The notes beneath the pieces were generated by a model. That model saw nothing but the letters and a program-made list of their open reading frames with translations. It did no database searches and was not told the DNA's origin. A stretch of 64,000 bases of DNA, from assembly GCF_023055435.1 (NCBI RefSeq), contig NW_025963913.1, positions 1,426,001 to 1,490,000 on the forward strand. Reading direction: 5' to 3'. Both the position numbers and the translations under genes were made by a program. Positions 35,138-49,700 of this stretch are shown here, piece by piece. Source of the stretch: Haliotis rufescens. Taxonomy: Eukaryota. Positions within the stretch are counted from its first letter, which is position 1; each line of letters opens with the position of its first letter.

Positions 35138-38100
35138 ATTCTACCATTACTAAATAAAACGCGAACTCTTTGGTGTTAGCAAATATACTGAGTGAAGCGG
35201 CATGGGTTGAGTTCAGTGTTTTGAGTGGGTTATCGATCTCAATTACGGAATCACCGAACAAAATATGGTGCTGTATATACTCAAGCAGTTTGTTTACACC
35301 GTAATTCTTCACTCGAACATATGACAGGCATTGAAAGCATATAAGCACGGCAACTTGGTAAGCTTACATGAGGTGGGCATCCCTAAAGAAAACAAAGCAA
35401 GCTTTGCATGGCTTTCGCTCTACATCGCACGTCACCATTATGACGTCATATCGCTCATTGTGACGCAAAAAATATGACGTCACAGTCGTATATAGAAAAG
35501 CGCCAAATTCCAAGCTCTGTGTTGTCTCCAAAACGTAAATACATTCCCTTTGTTGATTTCTGTCGTGTTTTTCTTCACGAAATGTATTGCCACACATCAT
35601 TTGAATACTGTAGTAACCGCATCTGTGCATTTTGTAACCTGTTATTGTAGATATAATTACTTCAATATACCTACCGACAATGGCTGAAAATAGTACTATT
35701 TTATGAATATTACTTTCCGCGGTCATGCGGCCGTCGAGCAGCTGTTTCAATCAGTTTATTGTGATTTAATAGCCTCTGATTCACCAATCAGAATCGAGTA
35801 AATTCCAAATTCATGGTAGAATATGGATTGTCCTTCTGTCAGCCTATTATTTATGTAGTACATGTTCAAGATGAAAAGCAGATTTTTATAAGCGTTTACT
35901 ACTTTATGCAACTCGTTACTTGGAATTGTCCTCTCTAACCATGCAATATGTTTCGATAAATACAGCTGTTGTAAACAATACATGATCATATATTGCAGCA
36001 TCTCCTTTTGTATCTGAATCCTATACTTGAAATTGCTTAGAGGAAAAAAAGTTTGTAATACATTCAGCACATAGACATGCAATGGTTTTCTTAAATTAAC
36101 GCGCATATATGAGTTTACCAAAGTATATTTTTGAGATGAAAATGGTATTGGGTTATATCATAAACAAAATGTATTTGTTTGGGCAAACGTTATGAGTGAT
36201 ATGACATAGCAAATGAAACCATATGATAACTATTTGAGTAAAGCACACTGCTGCTGCTGCTAAAATAAACATTACTTACTTTAACACTACAAGACTAACA
36301 GTTCCTATACATATTGACATCCGGCTGTTGTTTGCGTTTGTAAACTCTCATTATACTCACGAAGTACACATTGCCAAACTGCTTCCTCTATATTTTGGGT
36401 ATGAGATTCTAATGACATCTTCACCTCATATATGCCTTTACTTCTTTCATAATATTTTCATCTTTGACTTTTGATGTGAACTAATATTGAGCATATACAT
36501 GTGCATATGGTATAAACGGCTATACCCTTCAGTTAAGGTTAGAATAATAACTTTAGGACACGTTACCATAACGATAACACGTGTCTTGGTCCCCTCTGGT
36601 CCCTGAAGTCGGATGTCAACAAAAAGACGTTAAAGCATTGAAAGCAAAATGTAACCTGATCTCTTTATTAGAGGGGGGCGTTCGGGTGGCCCTGTGGTTA
36701 AAGCGTTCGCTCGTCACGCCAAAGATCCGGGTTCGATTCCCGACATGGGTTAAAAGTGTGAGTCTCATTTCTGGTGCCCCCTACCGTGATATTGCTGAAA
36801 TATTGCTAAAGCGGCGAAAAAAAATACTCACTCGCCTCATTAGAAGCAATGATGGTTTCATGACAACGACCCCATGAACGTTCATATGAATATAAAGCCC
36901 TGTGTGTAGGTGTAGCTTTGGAGAGGCCATGGCACACTGCAAATATTGTCCTTGGTCGTGGCATGATCAGCCTAGCGTGGTTTTCAATCCTAGATTTTGT
37001 CGATTATCATCATTGTCACTATTCCTGTCATGTTTTACCATTTAATCTAACGTCTATGAGTACGCTGAGCATCAGCTTTGGTTTGCTTTCGTCATCCACT
37101 TGAAGTTGTCACGCCATGATATAACAAACGTACTGCTCAAGGGGACGTTAAACAACTAACTCTTGCCTGTGTTGATGCACTCTCCTGAAGTACCAATTGC
37201 AACATAAATGTTCCTGGTGTCAGTTTTAATGCAGACTACGGAAAAGCGCAAGTAATGACGAACCATAATATCTATTTCCTTGCAACCGGCCACATCATTT
37301 TAATCAACACCGACAATTCAAAGAGATAAAATGGCGAGAGTTACCAATCCAATGACTTATGCATTACATTTTAGTTTTAAAAACAACAACTTTTATTTAA
37401 TTAGTTGTCAACGATATAACTGTCAAAATAGGGAGTTAGTTCTTAGTGGTTACGAGGATGTGATTGACTGTAAGGCAAATACGTGACATAGCTAAGACGT
37501 CATAACTCAGACGTTAGTCACTTTTTTCGGCCGAGACCTAATAAATAAAAATGACAAAACCCTTTCCATAGTCACTAGAAATAAAGGAACGTCGTCACAT
37601 AATACAGATTACACGCAACCACTCTACCATATGATATAAATATGACTATTTCACTCAACTTTGCGTGTTTGTATTATAAACATATGCAATGTAACATTTG
37701 GGAAATGAATTATCATATATACCGTTCTGTTACATCAAAAAAGTTCGGCTGTAAATGTTTCACTCGAATAAAAGAAGCGCATTTTGAGTTTCATGAGGTG
37801 ATGTGCCAATGTTAAGTTCAAGACGGTCATCACATTAGTCCTTTTTGTTATACATAGAGAATCACACCAGAGTGTCTTTTGATATCAAATATATCAACAC
37901 GAGTTGATAAAACTGGGAAAACTCCGAGGCTTGCCGAGGATTTTTGCCACTTTTATCAACGAGTGTTAATATTTGATTTCAAAAGACACGAGGGTGAGAT
38001 TTTATTTATCATCCAACATCATTCTTCTAACTTTTTCAGTTTGTAGACAGTAATAAACAGTGTATTAAGTGTAAAAATGTTATGCTAACAGCTTCAGTAG

Positions 38101-38162
38101 CAGAGCCATTAGTGATGTCATTTGATTGTGACGTCATGGTAACCAATGTACTATTGTAGTGA

Positions 38163-38275
38163 TCATGTGACCTGTTACTGCTCGACGCCATTCACTTCCT
38201 GGTTGCCGACACATGTGCACCTGTGCAAGCGGGGACGTCATTTGAGAACAATTGGGTTGGTGATGTGAGGTGAGT
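38163..38275 (+). promoter_or_regulatory. Putative promoter/first-exon cassette 2 upstream of copy B
   Basis: TCATGTGA 38163-38170, TCACTTCCTGG 38192-38202, donor GTGAGTACTGAC at 38270. Confidence 0.55.
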
Positions 38276-39582
38276 ACTGACATGGGATTGGTAATTTTTG
38301 CTGTGTGCATATACATGATAGCTCCTCGTGTGAAGTCTATATACAATTTGAAAATTATGAATTGCAAAATGTCCTTCAGAGTTTTTATTTGTGCAGTACA
38401 TATAATTCAGTACATAGCGATGCAATTACATAACGGATATAACGATTGTGTTTACTGAATGACAAATACTCAATCATTTCATGTTTGTCTGATTCATAAT
38501 TATCCCTTTTTGCTCAAGATACACTTTTTTGAGATAAACGTATCGTGTTCGTGATTATATGACATAATTATTACTGCTATTATACATCAGATTTGTATTT
38601 GAAATAAAACCTGTATGTATGAGTTTACAAAAGCATACTCTAGATATAAAAAACAATATTGGGTAACCAATGAATCAAATTGCAATCATCAAATGTGAAA
38701 TTGCTTGTTTTGCCAAACGTAATATTTTCATTCATGTGACATTACGTATATCCATGTTTTCACTCATTATGTTTCCAATTAAAATAAAATAACCATTTGA
38801 TTAATGCACTCTTCTTCTAAAAGAAACTACCGTGTTCATTAATATGTGCATTACTTACTTTAAAACGTACAAGGTAAACAACACTGTATGTAAAAGGAAG
38901 AGAACCTTACAACGATAAGGTCTTGAGTTGAGTCAACTATGATGATAGCCAGTACAGTTTCCCCCTCCACTTGCAGTGGGGACGGCCGGGCAGCCTAGCG
39001 GTTAAAGCGTTCGCTCGTCACGCCGAAGACCAGGGTTCGATTACCGAGATGGGTGCAATGTGTGAAACCCATTTCTGGTGTCCCCCGCCGTGATAATGCT
39101 GGAATATTGCTAAAAGCGGCGTAAAACCATACTCACTCACTCACTCACCCCCTCCACTTGCAGTGACCAGGCGTTAAAGCCAGGTAAAGAGTTGTAAGGG
39201 CTACACAATATACATGACGACGAACATAACGTTAGTATACAGACTGATATCTTGGTGTTGGTATTGTATAAACTCTTACAACACACATGAAGTACCCATT
39301 GCCAAAATTATTCCACTATATTTTGGGGAATCCATTCCAATGGCATCTATGACACAAATATGTGTATTTGACTTCATTGATAATGTTTTCATCTTTGACT
39401 GATCTTGTGCACTAGTATAAGCATATACAAGTACATGTGCATATGGTATATCAATGTCCATAGCCTTCCTCTAAAGCTTGTCCATCCCAACGGACGCGTA
39501 CGGTTTATTTAAATTAGATAATATCAAATATTTGCATCAAAATAATTGGTAAATTTAGTGGCTCATCAAAAGCTATTAACCC

Positions 39583-39733
39583 NNNNNNNNNNNNNNNNNN
39601 NNNNNNNNNNNNNNNNNNNNNNNNNNNNNNNNNNNNNNNNNNNNNNNNNNNNNNNNNNNNNNNNNNNNNNNNNNNNNNNNNNNNNNNNNNNNNNNNNNNN
39701 NNNNNNNNNNNNNNNNNNNNNNNNNNNNNNNNN
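39583..39733. other. Assembly gap
   Basis: Run of N. Confidence 1.
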
Positions 39734-41095
39734 CACTGAAAATCAGTGTTGACGTCGCGTATCGGGTGTTCTGCAAAAGGGTGCCGGCAGCACCCGCCAG
39801 TGTATTTGCATAAAAAGAAAGTGTTTGTCAGCAGACGCTGCACATCAGTACTCCTACCATGCGAGGGGCGGTCTGGTAGCCTAATGGTTAAAGCGTTCGC
39901 TCATCACGCCGAAGACCAGGGTTCGATTCCCGACATGGGTTGTGTGTGAACCCTATTGCTGTTGTTCCCCGCCGTGGTATTGCTGGAATATTTCTTAAAG
40001 CGGCGTAAAACCATACTCACTCACTCACTCCTACCATGCACGGCGACCTGTAAACAAACCAGACAATCAAGCGATGGACCAGAAAATGCAGTGACACGAG
40101 TATTTACAGAATTTGTAGAAACTGAAAATGATATATTCATTTTGAATTACGTCTGCTGTGTACGGGTGTAGATATATTGCTGCTTTTAAGTGCTTTTAAA
40201 TGCATGAGAGAGTTTATGATGAAACTTCAGTTTACCATCAGAAACATCGGCACAGTTCAAGGAACAATAGAACTTCAACGCACAGTGCGTTTTAATGGGA
40301 ATAATGGGAATACACACGGGTTTAAATCATAAAATATTATTAGATCAAATATATCAACTGTAAAGCTGAGATAAGTCAAAGTATCGATTCAGGGAATGTA
40401 GTCTCGAACGTCAATATCCGAAAACATCTTCATCATGGAAAGTTCACACATTTATGTTTGAGGGAACATCCACATACATGGCCACTCACATACCTTGCAT
40501 AACTTTAACCCTCCCATGGTAGAACAAAACAAAACATTAGTTTTCACGGACAAACTACATACTACTCACAAGAAGTTAAAGAACACCCGATTCTTTCATA
40601 TGTCATGACAGATTAAAGTTCTGGTAATGTGAAAGAATCGTGTGTTATTTAATTTCTTTTGAGTAGTAGTTACTGCTCAGTAAGGATTGTTGTGGTCCCT
40701 TCATATGATAGCATAGGTATTCTATAGATGTTTCCTTTGATGACGTTTACCACCATATCTTGATATTTGACATGTCGACGTGAAAACTATGCAGACAGGG
40801 TATTGCAGAGACCAGAATAGACAAACATTTAGTCAATGAAATCATATATTACACAATACCCTTCTCGACTCTAAAAATAAAAATAAAAAATTGTCCCCAT
40901 GTTGATTTCATATGTGAAAAGGAACTAGCTAGAGCTGGCTAGACTTGCTTTTATATACGTTTCTAGATTGTTTATATACACAGGTATAGCAAAGTGTTAT
41001 GTGGATAATACACGATATCAGGTGAGCCTTAGATATATGAGTATCGTTGTGTTACTATCAACCCCAAAGCAAACAATGTTAGCAGATATCATGCA

Positions 41096-41228
41096 CGGAA
41101 GTGACGGACACAATGCCTCGATTATGTGAACCTAACCTCCGCTCAATTCACTTCCTGGTAGCCTACACACGGACTCCTGTAGAGACACTGTATTGCACAA
41201 TTATATGACGTTGACGTGTGAGGTGAGT
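41096..41228 (+). promoter_or_regulatory. Putative promoter/first-exon cassette 3 upstream of copy B
   Basis: CGGAAGTG at ~41096, TCACTTCCTGG 41148-41158, donor GTGAGTACTGAC at 41223. Confidence 0.55.
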
Positions 41229-42000
41229 ACTGACATAGTACAGTTCATTTAATTGTGTGCGTGTGTGTGTATCGACGGTAGTTGCTGTACGCGAAAATAT
41301 TTATTAATATTATATTAATAGCATAGTCCGTTTGTACTTGATGATGAGCACACACCGTTGTCAACTGTGCTTTCCTACACTGTCCCATTTAACCATGTAC
41401 TTGCTCTAGATTCATGGACGGCTTTTGTAAACACATGATCACATTTCAACTGCACTGCACCTCGTTCAAATATCTCTACACAAGCTTTCAACGGGCAAGT
41501 AATTTCACACCTCACTTGGAATTACGGGTGTCGGGTAGCCTAGTGGTTAAAGCGTTCGCTCGTCACGCGAGCCGTGTCAAGACCCGGGTTCAATTACAGA
41601 CATGGGTACAAATTTTGAAGCCCATTTCTGGTGTCCCTCGCCCTGATATTGCTGGAATATTGCTAAAAGCAGCGTAAAACCATACTCACTACTTGAAAAA
41701 GCAGATTGAACCTGCGCGGATAGGATGGAAAATTTGTGTGTTTCAAGTTTTCCTAATATGTACTCTACCAATTTTTTTTTTTTAAAAAGACCACATCTTA
41801 TGATCCTCGTAATCTGTCTCATGGAACTACAATGTGGATTGTGCCCGGGCTGGTTTGGCGAGTGAATGTATGTGGCCCATATAAAAGAGAACATGAAGAT
41901 GCTAAAATCTTAGGTGCATCTCAGAATGCTCGTTTGAGCAAGTAATAGGCTCAATGAAAGAGTCCTGAAACTTACATGACAGCTTGAGAAACAACACTTA

Positions 42001-42541
42001 AATAATAATAATAAGCCTCAGATATATCCAGGCCAACAAACCTGATCTTATCCTTTTTTATCCCTATGAAATTATTTATATTATTGATTTTTCTGTCCCA
42101 TTTGACGCTAATGTGATTGACAAGATTGAGGAAAAACATGGCAAATATGCAGACCTCACTTTCGAAATGTCACGCTTGCATCCAAAGTAACAAGTTGCCC
42201 GACTCCCCATTGTTCTAGATGCCTTAGGTTTGGTACCTCCCAATCTGTTGACTGACATTGGGAGTTTGGGGTTTGCTACCAGGAATACAGCCCTTCCGAC
42301 AATCTGGGTAATACAGAAGGCTGCAGTGTTGGGGAGTCTTCACATTCTCCGAAAGGTTCTGGGTTGGTTCGACAAGGCAGCGCTTCCTGGGAGAAGTCCC
42401 ATTCGCTGCCTGGGCTGCGTGTAGAGGGGGCAAGGGCCCTGAGCTGATGATGAGCCTAATCAGCCTGACTGTGTCAGGATCACCCACACCCTCTTTGCTG
42501 CATTTTTTTATTTTAATCTGTAAATAATAATAATTATAATA
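42001..42541 (+). mobile_element. Shorter R4/Dong-like 3' fragment at the paralogous site
   Basis: Homologous to ~1940-2400; (TAA)n on both sides. Confidence 0.75.
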
Positions 42542-43092
42542 AAAAGCGACAAACTTTCCATTTTCAAAAGAAATGTCTGTCAAAAGAAGTGTCCATTGTA
42601 CGATTTCGACCATGTTATGAGCATGTGTATGAATCTAAATAGTGATGACACCGGGCGTTGGCGATAAGGTGGGTGTATCCTACATAACTGTCAGTACATT
42701 GTGGAATGCATCACAATTATGCAAAGGAACATTAAAACCTTTTCTCGTTATACATCCAGTTTAAGATAAGTCTACAGTTCCACCAAATTTCTCACATGGT
42801 CTCAGAAACATAATCATTATGCAAACAAAAATAAGACATGGTGATAATGAATTATAACACGATGTTGGGGACCCTCGCCATCTGATTGGCCGTTAACTGT
42901 TGTACAAGGCGGACCAAAAAGCATCGTTTTTCAGTCCATTTTACGCTTGAAAAACTCGACGCTTTTTCCGGACAATTTCAAATTAATCGATTTTAATGAC
43001 TGGTTAATCATTTTTCCGTCCAATGTCCGTATACGGAAAAAAACGACGTTTTCGTTTTTACAATGATAGATGCTTTGTATTGTTCACTTGAT

Positions 43093-43167
43093 TCACTTGA
43101 TAGTTGCTAACACATATGCGCCAGCCATACTAGAGGCACTGTGAGGTGCTGATTTTTAGAGGTGAGT
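43093..43167 (+). promoter_or_regulatory. Putative promoter/first-exon cassette 4 upstream of copy B, ETS core degenerate
   Basis: TCACTTGATAG at 43093, donor GTGAGT 43162-43167; clear homology to 2828-2906. Confidence 0.45.
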
Positions 43168-43364
43168 TCTTTCTGTTAATGTTGTAATGTAGTCATCTGT
43201 ATAATGTGTTAATTGAGTCATACGAGAATATGTATACATCCATTAGATACAATGCAGATTATTATTTAAAATCATATTATAAGTCTTTTCCCATAATTTA
43301 ATTTTTGTTCTCCATCATCAAACTAATTATAATACGCCCTGATATAAAACAGCGATAAACATAT

Positions 43365-43427
43365 ACTCACTCACTCACTCACTCACTCACTCACTCACTC
43401 ACTCACTCACTCACTCACTCACTCACT
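43365..43427. repeat. (CACT)n microsatellite
   Basis: Perfect tetranucleotide run; only a short version at the paralogous ~6700-6722. Confidence 0.9.
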
Positions 43428-43799
43428 AAGTGAAAGGGTTTTGTTTCACGACGCTTTGAAAATGACAGAATATTTTAATGAGTTATATCACAATATGCCA
43501 GGCGACAATAGGTTTCTGGCATGCCTAAAGGACGCAACTCTGACTCCTTTTCATGATAGGATCATTATGATGTATTAGTTCGTTTAGAATAATATTGCAC
43601 AATAAAAACAGTTTGGCTTGTGCATTGTGATAAAAGGATTCGATACTCGAGAAAATTTAATGTGAAAGCTACTCAATTCTGATACAATAATCGACGTGTG
43701 CTGGTATATTTGTGATAAAAACACACTCTGGTAAGATCCGCTTTTTATGACATCAGTATTATGCAAGTTTATTGTTGTCTTTTCAGTAAGGTATCCGAC

Positions 43800-46700
43800 A
43801 TGGGTTTGGTCTGGATGGGACTGCTTGTGGCCTGTGTCACTGGTACCCTCGCTGGTAGGAACGTTATCCATAGAATGTGAAATAAGTATAAAAAATAAAT
43901 ATTTGACTAACCTGTAGGTTTGATTCACAAACAGTTACCTATCCAAAAACCCTGTCTACACTCTCCAAAAACTGAAACGCACAGGTAGATTTTTAGTAAA
44001 TCTATTGTACCTAATAAATTCGATATATTTAATTTAATATCATAGATTCAAATATGAAATTATGGAGCTCGATAGGCACATGTTGTACAAAGGCATTGAT
44101 AAATGTTCATTGTCATGTCAAATAAGGCCACAAGGTGGCGCTGGACTCAGTATCTCGTGTGACCGCCCCGGGTAGCAATCACGGCTCTGCATCTCCTCGG
44201 CGCTGACTGGATAAGTGTACGAATTCTGTCTTGCGGAATTCTGCGCCATTCTGCTTGTGACGCGTTGGCCAGGTGTGGGAATTTCCTGCGGCGTGTTACG
44301 ATGTGACGTGCACGTCGATCGAGTTCATCCAAGAGGTGTTCGATTGGGTTGAGATCTGGAGATCTCGACGGCCAGGGCAAGCCGTTGATGTTGGCATTAT
44401 GGAGGTAGTTTACCGTGACACGAACTGTGTGCGGTGGAGCGATGTCCTGTTGAAACAGCTCCCTCTGACGGTCAATGATTGGAAGAAGGTGAGATTGAAG
44501 AATTTGAATCGTGTAGTGATTTGCTGTCATATTTCGCTGATCCACAACAAAGTCAGATCTCGTGGTGTAAGATATGGCCCCCCACGGTATGACACTACCG
44601 CCACCGAAATTGTCGAATTCACGTACATAATGTGGGGCAAAACGCTCATTTCGACGACGATAAACACTTCGTCTTCCATCTCGCCGGTGAAGAAGAAATC
44701 ATGATTCATCGCTAAACCACACTCTCCTCCAGTTTCTCAAATTATAAGGTTGAAGGGTATGTCACCAACGCAAGCGTCACTGTCGATGGATCTGTTGCAA
44801 AACAGGGACGACAACTGGTCTTCTGGGTCGGATTCCAGCCTCGCGAAGATGGTTCCTGACAGTCTGGTCCGATATCCTCCTCAAACCAGGGATGCGTCCT
44901 GCAGTCTCCGTAGCTGTGGCATTGCGATGATGTAAGTGGAACAGTCGAATGTAGCGATATTGTGCAGGGTTGGTAACTCTTGATCGGCCGGTTCTCGGAC
45001 GGTCTGCAGTGGAATTGAACTGTGTGTATCGGTCCCAAAGGCGGCAAATTGTGCTGTGGTGGACGTGACAGTGGCGTGCAACAGAAGACTGCGATTCCCC
45101 TCTTTGGATAACTCGTATGGCGATGTTACGATCGGCAGCGCTGAGTCTCGTCATTTTCGAACTTGAAAAAATGTTGACAATTGAATGACAAATTATTGGC
45201 TTATGCTTGCCTTTTTTTAGCCTCTACCTAGGGTTACGAATACAATAACTTGCACGTGTATTTTGCTTTACTGTTTTCCTCCATTACATTTTTGAAGTGT
45301 GAAAACAATGCCTTTAAGTCATTTCAAATCGACAATGGCTGCGTTTTGACACACCGTTTGTCGAATATCAGGCCACCAACATTTTCCAGTAACAAATATC
45401 TATTATATATCCAGGATTTGTTGTGTAGTCAGGTCCAATGAAATACATAATACATGTCCGTTTCTTATTTTTGAAGAGTGTATATGTTCACTGTTATGTA
45501 GGTTCATGTTTGAATCAGTAATGCTCACTATCAATCATGTCGAGGTACCTTTATACAAACAGATGCTGAATATCACTGTAACACCACTCGTGCCTGCACC
45601 CTTTTCCCCTCCACTCACTGTAGCCAGGTCGACAGTCCAAACAGATGCCAGGAAGGATGGTTTGGTTAAAATTGCCAGAAACGTGAGTGTGAGGTCGATG
45701 GGTAGATGTAATATCGCGAATACCAATCACCGATCATTGTGATACTGATTATGTGTTTATATTTTTAGAAAATATCGCGTTTGGAAGAACATGCATCCAG
45801 AGCAGTACATTGTACGGTCAAGCAAATAACTACGGAGCAGGACTTGCTGTAGATGGCAGAGCCACCACAGATGCCAGGAGCACGCCACAAACATGTGCCC
45901 ATACACGAAATGAGACAGATCCTACCTGGACTGTGAACCTGAAAACATCACGTCCAGAAAAGATACAACACATCAGACTCTATCTACGTGACGACCGTGA
46001 GTACACACACATATAAAGGTGTAAGGGTGATAATATATATATAACTGCAAAATGCAATTGTTGAGGAGTAGTTACTGTGAGGAAAACTAACGAACGAGGA
46101 ATTCCTTTTTCACAGCAGCAGTCGATCACTTCACGACACATCGGATTGTTTAAAATACGTTTGTATCAGTTGCATTTCTCGTAGAAAACACATAAAAAAA
46201 CGTTTATTCCTATCAGATTCAGATAATAAGGAGATATGCTAAATTGAATTTGGAACCGAACCCCTGGCGTGAGTTTCCAAATATAAAATTAAGCATCTTT
46301 ACTTCTACAAGTAACATAGATCTTCATAGTTGTGGTATGTTCATCTATATTATACTATGTTTTAAGTTCAATGTTTTCAGTGGGTTGTCTGTCTGAATTA
46401 AGGAAACGACGATAAAAGTCATTCCACAAAGTTTGGTTTTCGAAAATTTTACTTTACTTACATTATAAACAGGCATTAAAAAGTGTTGAAGCCAACCTGA
46501 AGTGGCCACCCATAAAGAATATCAAGCATGTCTCGCAAGGTTTAGTACCGCGTCGCACGTCCTTAAAATGACATGAGACCGCTCATTATGACACAGGAAT
46601 TATTCTAATTTGTTGTTTGTTTCTTGTTTAACGCCGCGCTCAGCAATATTCCACGCAATTGGGATACGATGACATTCATCAACCAAGTCAGCGAGCCTGA

Positions 46701-49700
46701 ACACCCGATCCCGTTAGTCGCCTTTTACGACAAGCATAGTCGCTTTTTACGGCAAGCATGGGTTGCTGAAGACATATTCTTTCCCGGATCTTCACGGATC
46801 GGAAATATTCTAAAATGCCTACGTACAATAACTGAGAAAGATAATTATTAGTTTAATGAATATTAGCTTCATAGGTGATGCGGTCATCTAAAAGGCTGTT
46901 TCAATCAGATGCGGTTATTGTGATTTGATAACTTTGTTTCATCAATCAGAATCGATGAATTTCCTAATCAACCAAGTCACTGTGCCTTACCACCCGATCC
47001 GTTTGGTCGTCTTACCCGAAATCCCCATAAGCAGCCTTCTTGAAATTTTGACGTCAAGTGGCTGCTATGTTTTGCAAGTACTCACAATGACCTTTCTGGT
47101 TCGTCCTGAATTGATCGTGCTGCCTCATTACGTATCAAAAGTTGAGTTTGAAGTTGTTATCCAGATCTGGAGGTGAGTTGAAATGGGGTTTAACACTTAC
47201 ACTTACTGTTATTGCATTTACATAGCGATGTTCTTGACTTCATTTCTACATTCATTCTGTACAGTTCAAGAAAGAAACAACGGCATGCAGGTTCTTGTTG
47301 GCAGCCAGATGTGCTACAACTGGTCGTCAACTGAACATCCTCCTCCTATAGCTTACGTCACCTGCCGCCAGCCACTGACAGGAACCACGGTCACTATACG
47401 GATACCTGGTTCCCTGAAATTCCTTACTTTATGTGAAGTGCAGATATTTGGTATGTCGTGGCTATTTGAATTCACATATTTCGACATTGTGTCATATAAA
47501 ATGAACTATATAGCTCTCCCTATCCATTCAGGTACGAACTGGTTTGTTTTTCATGAATAAGAGCGGAGAGTGCTTTTATCTCCAAACAGTAGTTCACCAA
47601 ACTTGTTGCTCCTATTGGGACGTACAGTCTATACTATCACTCCGTATGAAGTTATATGAGTTGTTCCAAAGTGATTATAATCACCAGGAGGTGTTACTTT
47701 GTTACTTTCTTTACATGTATGTTGGACATAGAATATCATATATCAAAATGATAACAATAAACAGTAAATACACTTTATAGCAAAACTACCAAAATCCTCC
47801 TCGAGCATTTCAACTTATATTCTATAAAAGAGCAATTAGACAACAACATGAATGTCTTTGAATATGGTAAACAATAATCAGTTTGCAGTGATGGATGGTT
47901 TTCTGAAGATTGTGACAAACAGTGCCGGTGCCTTAGCAGTACTGAAATATGTGACAAGATCTCTGGTCACTGTTCTAGTGGATGTTTCCCTGGATATCAT
48001 GGTACCGACTGCCAAACAGGTATGTGCTGAAAATGGTATAAAAATAGAAATAGCATTTCATGGGAGCCATTGGGAGATATCTCATGTACGCTCAGGTACA
48101 CTGTAATTATGTACACACAAAAAGCTTGCGAGTACAGTCATTGTTTCTTAATCTTTGTTGGGGCACTGAGTGGTTTATTTTAATGCATTTTTTAAAATGA
48201 ACAGTTTCGTACCATTGAATTCACCCCAAAACGTAATTTGCTGTTATATTAATTGGTAGATGGACTAATTATCCTTCATGTTCGAAACCGGTGATTCAGT
48301 GAAAATCATGCATAACAAGTTCGAATAACCTTCCTGTTGTCAGTCAGTCAGTCAAAATGTACAGCTATTTGAATTGTGTGAATGAAGAACAGGAATCTAA
48401 CAATGTATAACATTGATTGTCGCCATAGCGTTGATGTCATACTATCTGATAACATTGCGACATTTACCAAATTGAAGAAATTTTCAACGTCGAGTTACCA
48501 TGTTAACAGGTTTGTACAGTCGAACCTCACTTATCCGGACAGTTGTGTTTTCGAAATATTAGCCGGATAAACGTATTCCGGATACTTAAATCCCTTGTTA
48601 GTTAGATCCCCTACCCAAATTCTACGGAGGTAAACAAATATCTATTGTATGATGTATAATATTATTCGCGAATAAAACTACATCGTATCAGTTCAGCGAA
48701 TTCAGGTCAACGAACAGGTGATGAAATTCGCGTCTGTGAAATAGCAATCACCTGTACTCACGTTTCCTCCCAATCTGCCGGTAATCCAGTTAGGAAATGC
48801 TAGAAAATATAACTTGTGATGCAATTTTCGGAATAAATTTTATCCCAAACTATTATTATATCAAAAATAGTTTATTCCAAGATCGCTTTTTTTATTTGCG
48901 GCGTTTAATATATCAATTTCAAAATAATGATTTCCCGCTGTCTTTTTATGTTGGCATATAATAGTCTGGCTACAATAAAAGTGGCTTTTAACTAGTCAAA
49001 GTATGGCATTTATGATATATTTTTCCCGATTCTCTACCGCCTAACGTTCTTTTCAAGGCGTCAGTAGTGTGCTGCGATCACTCACGGTTTCGATTAAATT
49101 ACTTTAAAGACAGAAATGTAACTATATATGGCCATTGAGGTTAGTAACACATGCCCCAATGAATGAAGTTCTTCCTTAAGTTTATCGTGTGGGACAGTAG
49201 TGTACACAGTTGAAAATTAAATGTTTTACGTAACTGAACGTCTTTTCTGAGATTGAGAAACTTCCAGCAAATCCTTAGAGATTTTGAGAATGCACATGCT
49301 ATTACTTCCGCTTGTGTTTACAGCATGTGCAGATGGATCCTTTGGTAGCAACTGTAGCTCCCAGTGTGGACACTGTCTAGATGGTGATATCTGTGACAAG
49401 ACACACGGAACATGTCGTGGAGGATGTGCAGCAGGATGGATGTATGGCACATGTCTACAAGGTGGGTTTGTGTCATTTTAAGTGAAGGCTAATATTGCTT
49501 GCAGAATACGATTACACCATGTGTTCATAATATGTGTGTATGTGTTTGCAGCCTGTCCAGATGGTGCCTATGGTATCAATTGTGCCTCCCAGTGTGGAAA
49601 CTGTCTTGATGGTGTAAGCTGTGACAAAACAACAGGAACCTGTTCTAGGGGCTGTGCATCAGGATGGATCAATGATGACACATGTCTACAACGTGAGTAC

